Positions 31,974 through 42,016 of a stretch of 64,000 nucleotides of DNA are shown here, one piece after another. The notes below the pieces were generated by a model, which saw only the letters and a program-made list of their open reading frames with translations, had not been told where the DNA came from and made no database searches. Each line of letters starts with the position of its first letter. Positions within the stretch are counted from its first letter, which is position 1. The translations under genes were made by a program, and so were the position numbers. The DNA lies in the NCBI GenBank assembly GCA_047625975.1, contig JBLHRL010000005.1, positions 2,601-66,600 on the forward strand, read 5' to 3'. Source of the stretch: Arenicella sp. Its GTDB lineage: Bacteria > Pseudomonadota > Gammaproteobacteria > Arenicellales > Arenicellaceae.

Positions 31974-33119
31974 TCAGGATAAATTCACATAGCCGCCATC
32001 GTTGGCAATAGCCACAGCACCTATAAGCTCTAGCTCAAGTAGCATGGATGAAACTTCACCGGAGGTCAATTGGCTGCCCAATATTATGTCGTCTACGGAG
32101 GTTGACTCGGCTGAGATGAATTGCAATAGAGGATGCGGGGTTAAGTGACCGGCTACGGGTACCTTAGCTGAGTCTTGCAAGAATCTAGCAAGCGGTTCAG
32201 ACAGGCAGTGGATCACGTCAGTACAGCAACTTACTAAGCTTGCGCCCTGCTGCAACAACATGTGAGAACCTCTGTACTGAGAACTCAACGCTGAGCCAGG
32301 CACGACCATAACCTCTCTATTCTGCTCCATGGCCAAGCGCGCAGTAATTAAGGTACCGCTTCGCTCGGCCGCTTCGACGATCACTACACCATAAGATAGT
32401 CCACTGATAATACGGTTCCGTTGCGGAAAGGTATGCCGTCGAGGCGCAACGCCAAGCGGATACTCAGACACCAGCAAGCCGGTGCTCCCTAAATGCTCGA
32501 ACAAGGATCGATGCCGCGAGGGATAGATTATATCCAATCCATTGGCTAGAACCGCGATACTTAAACCACCTGCATGCATCGCGGCCTGGTGCGCGGCGGC
32601 GTCAATGCCGAGCGCCATGCCGCTAGTCACCACAAGGCCGAGGCCTGACAATCCACCACTGATCGAACGGGCAACCTTGTCACCGATAGGAGTGGGCTTA
32701 CGTGAACCTACAATGGCCACTTGAGGCTCATGAAGTAGCGCAATATCACCAATAGCAAATAGCGCTAGCGGTGGGTCGACTAACTGCCGTAATAAACGTG
32801 GATAGCATTGATCAGTTATCGGGATAAGGTGGTTCGAATGCTGACTAAGCCAGTCTAAATCCGCATCTATTATTGATTGCTCTACTTTTGGCTGAGAGCA
32901 GCGCGGACGGCCCGAAATAACCGACAGAACTTGCTGATACGGTGCCGTCAATACCCGCTCAGGATGTTGGAAATGAGAGACTAATTGATGTTTCTGAGCA
33001 CGGCTCCAGCGCTGGTCGCGTATCAGACGACACCACCAGAGATAAGTTGAACTCTCTGTTGTCGACTGGCTTGCATGATGCAAACCGAGATCTGGTTTAA
33101 AAAGGCAATCCTGTTGCAT
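31974..33119 (-). CDS. dprA: DNA processing protein DprA
   Basis: VAIVGSR, SGMALGIDAAAH, FPQRNRIISGL and EAAERSGTLITA motifs. Confidence 0.95.
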   Translation of the reverse strand: MQQDCLFKPDLGLHHASQSTTESSTYLWWCRLIRDQRWSRAQKHQLVSHFQHPERVLTAPYQQVLSVISGRPRCSQPKVEQSIIDADLDWLSQHSNHLIPITDQCYPRLLRQLVDPPLALFAIGDIALLHEPQVAIVGSRKPTPIGDKVARSISGGLSGLGLVVTSGMALGIDAAAHQAAMHAGGLSIAVLANGLDIIYPSRHRSLFEHLGSTGLLVSEYPLGVAPRRHTFPQRNRIISGLSYGVVIVEAAERSGTLITARLAMEQNREVMVVPGSALSSQYRGSHMLLQQGASLVSCCTDVIHCLSEPLARFLQDSAKVPVAGHLTPHPLLQFISAESTSVDDIILGSQLTSGEVSSMLLELELIGAVAIANDGGYVNLS

Positions 33120-33194
33120 ATAAATGACCCTCCATGGCCAAAAAAAATACTATTCAAAGTACTCTGAAGCGCTAAATACTTCCGCGCTAATTAA

Positions 33195-34340
33195 CTACTC
33201 GACATCCGGGCTCACGAGCACATCACCCGACGTGACTTGACGGTTTGAATCAGTAACTATAGCGTAACTAACCTTTTCAAAAGTTCTAAAAACTAGAGCA
33301 AGACCAATGTTCTCTTCGGGAATAAAATACTTCTCACCTGTGAACGGATCTTTCTTGGCTATTTTTTGACTTCGCACTCTTAACACATCACCAGATCGAA
33401 TGCCCTCTCGCTCGCCAATATTAATAGCCACTACAGATAACGCACCAAGTTCGGCTGCTCTGTTTTGCGTATCCAAAATAACACCGCGAACGTCCTTATT
33501 CTGAGGCGCGCTAGGAGTAAAAAACGATAGAGCCTGTTGGCTTATTACCGGACGCAGACGATCCCTAATATTAATATCTTCGTAGCTGGTCGTAACGATC
33601 AATCGTGATGGATCACCGGCCTTTAACATACGGGCATCGCCTAAATGAGTAGCTTCCCAACCCAGACTTTCACCGCTCAGTGGGTCAACAAAGTGACGAC
33701 CGGGTTTGAATACACGAAAGACTTCAACTGATTGATCTTCAATGCCGCGAGCATAAAACTGATCAGACTTACCTAGTATTAAGTGACCGTTAAAACCATC
33801 GACCACATACGCGGTCGATTTCATTTCATTGGCATCAGTGACCAGTGGTGAGTTGATGTAGGGTCCTATAGAGCCCGGATCAATCAGCGGAACAGCTTCT
33901 GAGTAGCGGGTCGCTCTCGGTGAGGGCGACAGTTTAACGGTCTCGCTAATTGTCTCTCGTCGGAGAGCCTTCAATACCGGGTGCCCGTCTACCATTGTTA
34001 ATACCAATAGGTCACCAGGGTAGATTAAATCAGGGTTTTCAACTTGAGGATTACCTTGCCAAACTTCAGGCCAGCGCCAAGGGTCACGTAAAAATTTGCC
34101 TGAAATGCCCCAAAGAGTGTCTCCTTTAACCACCGTATAGCGATCAGGGTAAGAATCGGTCAACAAGGAAGTATTAGTGGCGTAGCTGCTTATTCCAGCG
34201 CTGACAATAAACGTATACGCCAGCCACGCGGTTAGCGTGTGACGAATTAAGCGTCTAGAAACCTGCTGAACCGAGCCAGCGTCGACGGCTGAAGCGGCTT
34301 GAATTTTTCCTTTATTCATGTTTGATTTAATTATTGTCAT
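33195..34340 (-). CDS. LysM peptidoglycan-binding protein (TsaP-like)
   Basis: YTVVKGDTLWGIS...PWRWPEVW...NPDLIYPG; conserved position between def and dprA. Confidence 0.88.
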   Translation of the reverse strand: MTIIKSNMNKGKIQAASAVDAGSVQQVSRRLIRHTLTAWLAYTFIVSAGISSYATNTSLLTDSYPDRYTVVKGDTLWGISGKFLRDPWRWPEVWQGNPQVENPDLIYPGDLLVLTMVDGHPVLKALRRETISETVKLSPSPRATRYSEAVPLIDPGSIGPYINSPLVTDANEMKSTAYVVDGFNGHLILGKSDQFYARGIEDQSVEVFRVFKPGRHFVDPLSGESLGWEATHLGDARMLKAGDPSRLIVTTSYEDINIRDRLRPVISQQALSFFTPSAPQNKDVRGVILDTQNRAAELGALSVVAINIGEREGIRSGDVLRVRSQKIAKKDPFTGEKYFIPEENIGLALVFRTFEKVSYAIVTDSNRQVTSGDVLVSPDVE

Positions 34341-34787
34341 TAGTATTTGCCTAACGTTATTAGCCTTAGGCTGCTTTCGCTTACTTAAATCCTAGCCTCC
34401 ATTATGGCGGCCGCAATAACCATTGCATTAGCGATAAATTAGACCAAAAAAAGCTTCACATTTTTAGTTTTTATGGCATGTAACATGCGATTCGAGCATA
34501 ATACCAACAATCGAATGGCTGAGCATGTTGCGAGCCGTTTATTTAAACTCTTATTAACTTTATTCTATACTTTATTCTAGTAAGCTCTCGCCAATATAAA
34601 AATAACTAAACAAAGAGCTGTTAGAGTAGTTCTCAAGCGCGCGTTTAAGCAAGCCTAAAACGTAAATAATATAGTTTCTATAGTATGTTACGCGAACATT
34701 ACAGAATAAAGTTTACGTTATTTTCATCCGAAACTGTAAGCAAAATTCAGTATTAGTGATACAAACCCAGGTATTGTGAGCCCGCAA

Positions 34788-35291
34788 ATGGCCATTTTAG
34801 AAATCTTAGTTTACCCAGACCAACGCCTTAGAATCGTGGCAAAACCGGTTAAAACTGTCGACGATTCGATTCGTCAGCTAGTGCAAGACATGACCGAAAC
34901 CATGTACCACGCAAATGGCATAGGCCTTGCGGCGACACAAGTCGATATTCATCAGCAAGTTATTGTTATGGACCTATCGGATGAGCGCAATAAGCCCAGA
35001 GTGCTGATTAACCCAACCATTATCGAGCAAGACGGCGAACAGTTGTATGACGAGGGCTGCCTTTCGGTGCCGGAATATTATGCGCCGGTAAAAAGAGCTG
35101 AGAACATTAAAATAACCGCTTTAGATGAACAAGGCGAGATCTATGAACTGCAAGCCGATGGCCTGCTAGCGGTTTGCATTCAACATGAGATGGACCACTT
35201 AGCTGGCAAAGTATTTGTCGACTATTTATCGCGGCTAAAGCAAGACCGGATCAAAAAGAAAATGCTCAAACTTGCTCGTGCCAATGACTAA
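34788..35291 (+). CDS. def: Peptide deformylase
   Basis: [13 protein letters not shown] and QHEMDH motifs. Confidence 0.97.
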   Translation: MAILEILVYPDQRLRIVAKPVKTVDDSIRQLVQDMTETMYHANGIGLAATQVDIHQQVIVMDLSDERNKPRVLINPTIIEQDGEQLYDEGCLSVPEYYAPVKRAENIKITALDEQGEIYELQADGLLAVCIQHEMDHLAGKVFVDYLSRLKQDRIKKKMLKLARAND

Positions 35292-35335
35292 ATTTGAACA
35301 AGCCTTTACGACAGTGTGAGACACGACCCTACGCC

Positions 35336-36340
35336 ATGAATATTATTTTTGCCGGCACACCTGATTTTGCTGTCGCTGCTCTAAGAGCGCTATCAAACGA
35401 ACATCAGGTGGTTGCTGTTTTTACTCAGCCAGACCGCAGGTCAGGACGAGGCAAAAAGCTAAGCGCACCGCCCGTAAAGCAAGTTGCGCTAGAGCTCGGT
35501 TTACCCGTTTTTCAACCAAACACCCTAAAAGACCAAGTTCAACTGATGCAGAGCTTTAATGCCGACGTCATGGTGGTAGTTGCCTACGGCATGCTACTGC
35601 CGCAAGCGATATTAGATATTCCACCACTAGGCTGCCTCAATATTCACGCCTCTTTACTACCTCGGTGGCGCGGCGCGGCACCAATACAACGAGCGATAGA
35701 AGCTGGCGACAGTCAAACCGGGGTGAGCATTATGCGCATGGAATTAGGTCTTGATGCCGGCCCAGTTTTCAATACTCTGAAAATTGATATCACCGATACT
35801 GATACTAGCCAAAGCCTACATGACAGCTTGGCCAAGCTTGGCGCTAAGGGTGCTTGCGAAACACTTTCTGCCCTCGCTAATGACCCCAAACTTCTAGCGA
35901 CTCCACAAAATGATGCACTATCAAACTATGCCAAGAAAATAAGCAAAGTAGAGGCCGAGCTGGACTGGAGTAAGTCAGCGCGCTCTTTGCAGCAACAGAT
36001 CAGAGCATTCATTCCGTGGCCAGTGAGCCAGACACAGCACGGTCAAACGAGAGTCAGGATTTGGCAAGCGAGCGCAATAGAACAGTCGTCAGAAGCTATG
36101 CCCGGAACAATTATCGGCAGTAGTGATTTGGGAGTCGAGGTCGCCTGCTCAGAAGGGGTTTTACGCTTAGAAAAATTGCAACGTGACGGTAGTAAACCGA
36201 TGGACTATTCAGTTTTTCGTAATGGCTATAGCTTGAGCAAAGGAGACAGCTTGAGGGCTGAGGGCAGTTTGGCTAACGCCAAACCAAATGCCAGCAAACC
36301 TCTAATCAACCGCAATGTTAACGGAAAGAATAATGTCTAA
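35336..36340 (+). CDS. fmt: Methionyl-tRNA formyltransferase
   Basis: IIFAGTPDFA, TQPDR and NIHASLLPRWRGAAPI motifs. Confidence 0.97.
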   Translation: MNIIFAGTPDFAVAALRALSNEHQVVAVFTQPDRRSGRGKKLSAPPVKQVALELGLPVFQPNTLKDQVQLMQSFNADVMVVVAYGMLLPQAILDIPPLGCLNIHASLLPRWRGAAPIQRAIEAGDSQTGVSIMRMELGLDAGPVFNTLKIDITDTDTSQSLHDSLAKLGAKGACETLSALANDPKLLATPQNDALSNYAKKISKVEAELDWSKSARSLQQQIRAFIPWPVSQTQHGQTRVRIWQASAIEQSSEAMPGTIIGSSDLGVEVACSEGVLRLEKLQRDGSKPMDYSVFRNGYSLSKGDSLRAEGSLANAKPNASKPLINRNVNGKNNV

Positions 36341-37634
36341 GCGCCTCAACTCTCGTGCTGCCGCAGCAAAATTAAGCTGGCAAATAATTGACAAAGGCCA
36401 ATCGCTGGATGTGACCCTGTCAAGTTTTTTTGAAGACGGCGAATACTCGCCGCAAGACCGAGGCTTCATTCAAGAGCTTGTCTACGGAGTCTGTCGATGG
36501 TATGGCGAACTTGACGCCGTTGCTGCAACGCTATTGCGTTCGCCGATCCGCAATAAAGATCGAGTGATACATTTCGTGTTACTGGTTGGGTTATACCAGC
36601 TACGCCATCTTGATACCGCCGAACACGCAGGGGTGGCTGAGACAGTCTCTGCCTGCAAGCAGCTTGATAAGCAATGGGCTAAAAATGTCATCAACGGCTG
36701 TCTGCGTAACTATCTTCGTGCGCCAAGTGATATCGCTGAAGATGCCAATACATTAAGTCACCCCGAATGGATCAGCCAAGCGATCCGGCACGCGTGGCCA
36801 ACTCAGCTGGAGCGCATTCTTGCCGCCAATAATGAGCGGCCAACAATGCGCTTAAGAGTCAATAGCCGCAATTATAAACGCGATGAGTATCGGCAATTGC
36901 TAGCCGATGTAGGTATCGATGCGACGGCCGACGCCAACTCCGTCGAAGGTATTATTCTAGACTCTCCCTGTGCCGTCACGTCCTTACCAGGCTTTGATCA
37001 AGGTGCGTGTTCGGTTCAAGATACTGCAGCACAAATTAGTGCAGACTTATTAGACGTGAAAACTGGAATGTCAGTATTAGACGCCTGCGCCGCACCCGGA
37101 GGCAAAACAGCGCATATACTAGAACGCTGCGACAATAAAATTGATATGCACGCATTGGATATTTCGGAACGCCGTTGCGAACAGCTTCACTCAACCCTCA
37201 GTCGACTCCAATTAAGTGCAGACATATTCACCGCAGATGCAAGTCAAAAACCAAATTGGCCGCTACCGAAAGACGGCTATGACCGCATATTAATCGATGC
37301 ACCGTGCAGCGGTTTAGGCGTGATTCGGCGTCACCCCGACATAAAACATCATCGCCGACCTAGCGACATTGACGCCCTAAACAAGATTCAAGCAGGGCTA
37401 CTAGATAATCTTTGGTTGCATCTCAAACCAGGTGGAATAATGCTTTACATGACCTGCTCAATCTTACCTAAAGAAAACCAACAACAGGTCAAGCAGTTTG
37501 TAGCAAGAACAAACGGTGCTATGCTGATTAAAGTCCCGCACCCCAATGCGCTTACTCTAGATCAGGGAGTGCAAACCTTACCGGGCATCCATGATATGGA
37601 TGGTTTTTATTATTGCTTACTGCAAAAACAGTAA
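36333..37634 (+). CDS. rsmB: 16S rRNA m5C967 methyltransferase
   Basis: NusB-like N-domain; LDACAAPGGKT, DAPCSG and YMTCS motifs. Confidence 0.96.
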   Translation: MSKRLNSRAAAAKLSWQIIDKGQSLDVTLSSFFEDGEYSPQDRGFIQELVYGVCRWYGELDAVAATLLRSPIRNKDRVIHFVLLVGLYQLRHLDTAEHAGVAETVSACKQLDKQWAKNVINGCLRNYLRAPSDIAEDANTLSHPEWISQAIRHAWPTQLERILAANNERPTMRLRVNSRNYKRDEYRQLLADVGIDATADANSVEGIILDSPCAVTSLPGFDQGACSVQDTAAQISADLLDVKTGMSVLDACAAPGGKTAHILERCDNKIDMHALDISERRCEQLHSTLSRLQLSADIFTADASQKPNWPLPKDGYDRILIDAPCSGLGVIRRHPDIKHHRRPSDIDALNKIQAGLLDNLWLHLKPGGIMLYMTCSILPKENQQQVKQFVARTNGAMLIKVPHPNALTLDQGVQTLPGIHDMDGFYYCLLQKQ

Positions 37635-37677
37635 ACCCTCGGCACACAATAATGTGCGCACCCAACGCTTAAAAATT

Positions 37678-38241
37678 ATGTTGACCGTTTCTCGACAAAC
37701 ACACCTCAAACTCAAAACGCTAGCCGTTTTGTTAGTGTTGAGCGCGACATTGATACTCAGCATCGAAGCCGCAAAAGCACAAAGTATTCACTACGACAAT
37801 AACGGCCTAAAAATTGAACTATCTGAAGACGTTCAAGCCGCGATTGACAGCGGCGTTTCGCTGACCTTTGAAAACCAATACGCGCTCGCCAGACACTTTC
37901 TTATTTTTACTTGGCACACTAAAATCGAACAACACGAATTTGTGGTAACCCGACATACCTTGTCTAACCGCTATCTAGTGCACCAAAGCAATAAGGTAGC
38001 TCCACGAATTTTTAGCTCGACGCGCGAAACAATGACCTTTATCAGTCAAACGGCGCTTGGCTATTTCTCTAAGTACATTTCCAAGCACCAAACGCAGCAC
38101 GCTAATTCGCTTTCAGAGCATAAAATGCGACTGCGCTTGAGCAAAACCAAACTTCCCGGCCCTATGCGCTTAACCGCGTTCATTGCCAGCGACTGGGACC
38201 TAGACTCTGGCTGGACGTCATGGCAATCAGATCAATTGTAA
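37678..38241 (+). CDS. DUF4390 family periplasmic protein
   Basis: Signal peptide, AIDSGVSLTF and LPGPMRL...WDLDSGW motifs; conserved position between rsmB and the sensor kinase. Confidence 0.75.
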   Translation: MLTVSRQTHLKLKTLAVLLVLSATLILSIEAAKAQSIHYDNNGLKIELSEDVQAAIDSGVSLTFENQYALARHFLIFTWHTKIEQHEFVVTRHTLSNRYLVHQSNKVAPRIFSSTRETMTFISQTALGYFSKYISKHQTQHANSLSEHKMRLRLSKTKLPGPMRLTAFIASDWDLDSGWTSWQSDQL

Positions 38242-40508
38242 AGAAAATATCTTCGCCACTACCGGTAATTTCTGTTTGCACTGGGCTACTGTTTGCCCTG
38301 AGCTACCTAATTGTTAAATCGCTAAGCGATGACGCCGCCGGCGAGTTGCAGTTTTGGATCACCATTATTGGCAGCGTTGGGGTAGCCACACTTATATTTT
38401 TTTTAGTCAGCAACGGCTATGCACTTCTGAGTCAATATCGACGCAACGAAATTGGCTCAAAGTTAACCGCCAAGATGGTAGTCATCTTCTTCTTTCTGAC
38501 TGTGATCCCGTTTTCACTGATTTATTTTTTCTCTATTCAGTTTCTTAATAAAGGTGTTGATAGCTGGTTTGACGTTCGTATTGAACAAACCGTTAAAGAC
38601 TCTTTACTATTGAGCCAGTCGGCACTTGAAGGCATAAAAGAAGATGTCATCAGCGATGTCGAAAAAATAGCTATTAATATACGCCAAAATCAGAATAAGC
38701 CAGCTAACGAGCTGCTCGGCATTATTCGTGAGCTGCGTGCGATTAACGGCTTTACTGAACTCTCACTGTATACCGATGATGGTCGAGTACTAGCCTTTTC
38801 CAGCAGCGATCAGACGAACATTTTACCTAATACCCCTGGCGATGAGGTCTTCTCAGAATTAAGACTGAACCAAACATATACTTTATTAGAGCCAATCTCC
38901 GCAACCATGCAGCAGTTTAGGGTCGTGGCACCTATTGCAGGCAATCAACTCGGTCGCCAATTTTATGGTGTGCAGGCGATAAAATTACTACCGTTACGGT
39001 ACGCAACCCTGGCCAGTAGTGTAGAAACAGCAAGCAACCAATACGCACAAATGGTGTTCGCTCGCGGCCCACTAAAGTTCAGCCTGATTGTAACCTTGAG
39101 CCTAATTTCACTCGCAAGTTTACTTTTTTCAATGCTAGCGGCGGTGTATTTATCACGTAGATTGGTGGCCCCGATTTCAAACTTAGCGGTCGGCACCCAG
39201 AAAATTGCTGAAGGTGATTACGGTTCTCATTTGCCGATAACAAGCTCTGATGAACTTGGCATTCTAACTAAGTCATTCAACAATATGAGCAGCAAAATTA
39301 GCGAGGCTCAGCAGATTGCATTAGCCAGTCAGACTGAAACAGAACAACAAAAAGGCTATCTTGAAGCGGTGCTGACCAACCTGTCATCCGGTGTTTTTTC
39401 GTTTGACGACGAAGCTCGCTTGCAAATTTGCAATAGCGCTGCCACTGATATCTTGGGTCTAGAGCAAGAGTCGCTTTTACAAAAGACCGCCGACCAATTA
39501 TGTCAACCAGATCATCATGCAAAGCAATTCTTCGAGCTCATCAATGCGGGTATTAAATCGAAGCAAAATAACTGGCAAGATGAGCTCACTTTGCTTGGCA
39601 CACATGGCCGTCAAATGTTAATTATTCGAGGTAGCGTACTCAGCCTAAATGCCGAGTTATCCACGGGTAACACAAAACCCCATAAACCGCTAGAGAACTA
39701 TGTGGTGGTATTCGATGACGTTACCAACCTTATTCAGGCTCAACGAGACGCCGCTTGGGGCGAAGTTGCGCGCAGGCTTGCACATGAAATTAAAAACCCT
39801 CTAACGCCAATCCAACTGTCGGCGGAACGTATAAAACTTAAGTTATATGATCATGTAGATGGCGACCTGCAGGAGACGCTAGATCGCAGCACTCGCACCA
39901 TTGTGCAGCAGGTAGAAGCTATGAAAGAAATGGTCAACGCATTTTCAAGTTACGCTCAACCCGTCAGGGCAAAATTGGCGCCACTCAATGTGAATCAATT
40001 GGTTAGAGATGTAGTCGAACTGCATACGTCTCACCTAGATAAGATTAAACTTACTCTCGAGCTTCACCTTGACGACAAATTGCCAAGCATCAAGGCCAAC
40101 GCTTCAGCCCTACGTCAGGTACTGAATAATTTGGTAATTAACGCCAGCCATGCACTCGATGATACCAAACACCCAATAATTAGAATTAGCACGCAGATGG
40201 CGGCAAAGGTTACTGGCGAGTACATAGATTTGGTTGTTGAAGACAACGGTTCAGGCATACCCGAAGATATTCGCGAATCACTGTTTGACCCCTATGTGAG
40301 CTCGAAGGCAAAAGGCTCAGGTTTAGGATTGGCTATTGTGAAGCGTATTGTCGAAGAACACAGTGGCTCGGTTTGGGCTCGAGACGGTTCCAATGGCGGT
40401 ACAGCAATGCACCTCAGACTGCCTATAAACGCAATGAAAACCTACCGTGGCAATCGCCGCCAAAATAGTTTACATTCGAACGTCTCTAACGATATTGACG
40501 CGGCTTGA
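38220..40508 (+). CDS. ntrY: NtrY-like sensor histidine kinase (HAMP-PAS-HisKA-HATPase)
   Basis: VDSWFD, AAWGEVARRLAHEIKNPLTPIQLSAER, DNGSG and GSGLGLAIV motifs. Confidence 0.88.
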   Translation: MAIRSIVKKISSPLPVISVCTGLLFALSYLIVKSLSDDAAGELQFWITIIGSVGVATLIFFLVSNGYALLSQYRRNEIGSKLTAKMVVIFFFLTVIPFSLIYFFSIQFLNKGVDSWFDVRIEQTVKDSLLLSQSALEGIKEDVISDVEKIAINIRQNQNKPANELLGIIRELRAINGFTELSLYTDDGRVLAFSSSDQTNILPNTPGDEVFSELRLNQTYTLLEPISATMQQFRVVAPIAGNQLGRQFYGVQAIKLLPLRYATLASSVETASNQYAQMVFARGPLKFSLIVTLSLISLASLLFSMLAAVYLSRRLVAPISNLAVGTQKIAEGDYGSHLPITSSDELGILTKSFNNMSSKISEAQQIALASQTETEQQKGYLEAVLTNLSSGVFSFDDEARLQICNSAATDILGLEQESLLQKTADQLCQPDHHAKQFFELINAGIKSKQNNWQDELTLLGTHGRQMLIIRGSVLSLNAELSTGNTKPHKPLENYVVVFDDVTNLIQAQRDAAWGEVARRLAHEIKNPLTPIQLSAERIKLKLYDHVDGDLQETLDRSTRTIVQQVEAMKEMVNAFSSYAQPVRAKLAPLNVNQLVRDVVELHTSHLDKIKLTLELHLDDKLPSIKANASALRQVLNNLVINASHALDDTKHPIIRISTQMAAKVTGEYIDLVVEDNGSGIPEDIRESLFDPYVSSKAKGSGLGLAIVKRIVEEHSGSVWARDGSNGGTAMHLRLPINAMKTYRGNRRQNSLHSNVSNDIDAA

Positions 40509-40588
40509 AATAGCTAATTAGCATGCCAAATCGGCAAATCTCTTAATTCAGCCCATAACCTTTTCTAATACGTCAGTGAAATAGCTCG

Positions 40589-41977
40589 ATGAATAGTTCG
40601 ATGAAACCAGACCGTCAACATATTCTTGTGGTCGACGATGAACCCGATATCCGTAATATATTGCAAGACATACTGCAAGACGAAGGCTATAGCGTGAGTG
40701 TCGCTGAAAATGCTGACCAAGCGCGAATACGTTTTAGAGAAGATCGGCCAAACTTAGTTTTACTGGATATCTGGATGCCCAAAGAAGACGGTATTTCAGT
40801 CCTTAAAGGCTGGGTAGAAAACCAAACATTAGGCGACACACCAGTGGTAATGATCTCCGGCCATGGCACGGTCGAAAATGCGGTGGAAGCGGTGAAGTTA
40901 GGCGCCTATGATTTCCTCGAAAAGCCACTATCAACTGGCAAGCTTTTACTCAGTGTAGAGCGTGGTTTAGAAAATGCTTCGTTACGCCAAGAGAACAAAC
41001 AACTCAAATCGCGTTTAAAATATAACTCACCAATGATATCAAATAGTGATTCGAGTCGAGAGTTGCTGCGCCACATTCAATTGCTCGGGCCAACAGATAG
41101 CTGGGTATATATCACTGGCGAATCGGGCACTGGCAAGCATTTAGTAGCTCAAAAAGTACATGAAAATAGCCCGCGGGCAAATGCTTCATTTGTAGAACTA
41201 AACTTAGCCGCCATGCCCAGCGACAGTGTGGCTCAGGCCCTATTTGGCAGCGAAGTCGATGGCAAGGTGGTGATTGGGCGGTTTGAACAAGCAAAAGGTG
41301 GCACCCTATTTATTAATGAGGTACTGGGTCTAAATTTAGAAACTCAGAACATGCTATTGAGCGCATTGCAAGAGCGACAATTCTTACGCCTGGGCGGTAA
41401 CGAGTATATCGAGCTAGACGTTAGAGTAATCGTGACCACCAGCGGTAACCCTCAAAAAGCTGTCAACGAAGGTCACTTTAGTGAAGATCTCTATTACCGA
41501 TTAAACGTGATTCCGATTCAGGTACCTGCTCTGCGCCAACGCAGAAAAGATTTGCCCGAGCTGATCGAGCTGTTTATCGAAGACGTCGCCAGTAAAAATC
41601 AGTTAAAAATACCAACGATGACTGACTCGGCGGTATCCGCTCTGATTGAATATAAGTGGCCCGGCAATGTACGCCAACTGCAAAATGTAATTCAGCGGCT
41701 ATTAGTACTAAATACTGGCGATGAAATAAGCTTAGACAGCGTCAAATCAGCACTTGGTGGAGACCTAGATATGCGTCAAAAACCAGCTCATTTACCGGAC
41801 TATTTTGAAGGCGGCATGCGCAAAGCTAAAGAAGAGTTCGAGCGCGCTTACCTGACCCATCACCTTGCAACTGTCGAAGGTAATGTTAGTAAGCTTGCCA
41901 AAAAAGTTGGGCTAGAGCGGACCCACCTTTATCGAAAACTAAAGATTCTCGACATTAACGCTCGCGACGCCAAATAA
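40589..41977 (+). CDS. ntrX: NtrX-like response regulator (REC-AAA+-Fis HTH)
   Basis: LLDIWMP, MISGHG, GESGTGK, WPGNVR and GLERTHLYRKLK motifs. Confidence 0.85.
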   Translation: MNSSMKPDRQHILVVDDEPDIRNILQDILQDEGYSVSVAENADQARIRFREDRPNLVLLDIWMPKEDGISVLKGWVENQTLGDTPVVMISGHGTVENAVEAVKLGAYDFLEKPLSTGKLLLSVERGLENASLRQENKQLKSRLKYNSPMISNSDSSRELLRHIQLLGPTDSWVYITGESGTGKHLVAQKVHENSPRANASFVELNLAAMPSDSVAQALFGSEVDGKVVIGRFEQAKGGTLFINEVLGLNLETQNMLLSALQERQFLRLGGNEYIELDVRVIVTTSGNPQKAVNEGHFSEDLYYRLNVIPIQVPALRQRRKDLPELIELFIEDVASKNQLKIPTMTDSAVSALIEYKWPGNVRQLQNVIQRLLVLNTGDEISLDSVKSALGGDLDMRQKPAHLPDYFEGGMRKAKEEFERAYLTHHLATVEGNVSKLAKKVGLERTHLYRKLKILDINARDAK

Positions 41978-42016
41978 TTTCTTAGTCGTGGCTATAATAG
42001 CTATAATAGGCTCATC

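Noticed and set aside
34557-34580. ACTTTATTCTA tandem repeat in the LysM-def intergenic region
   Set aside because: A short two-copy repeat in AT-rich DNA, with no evidence of function.
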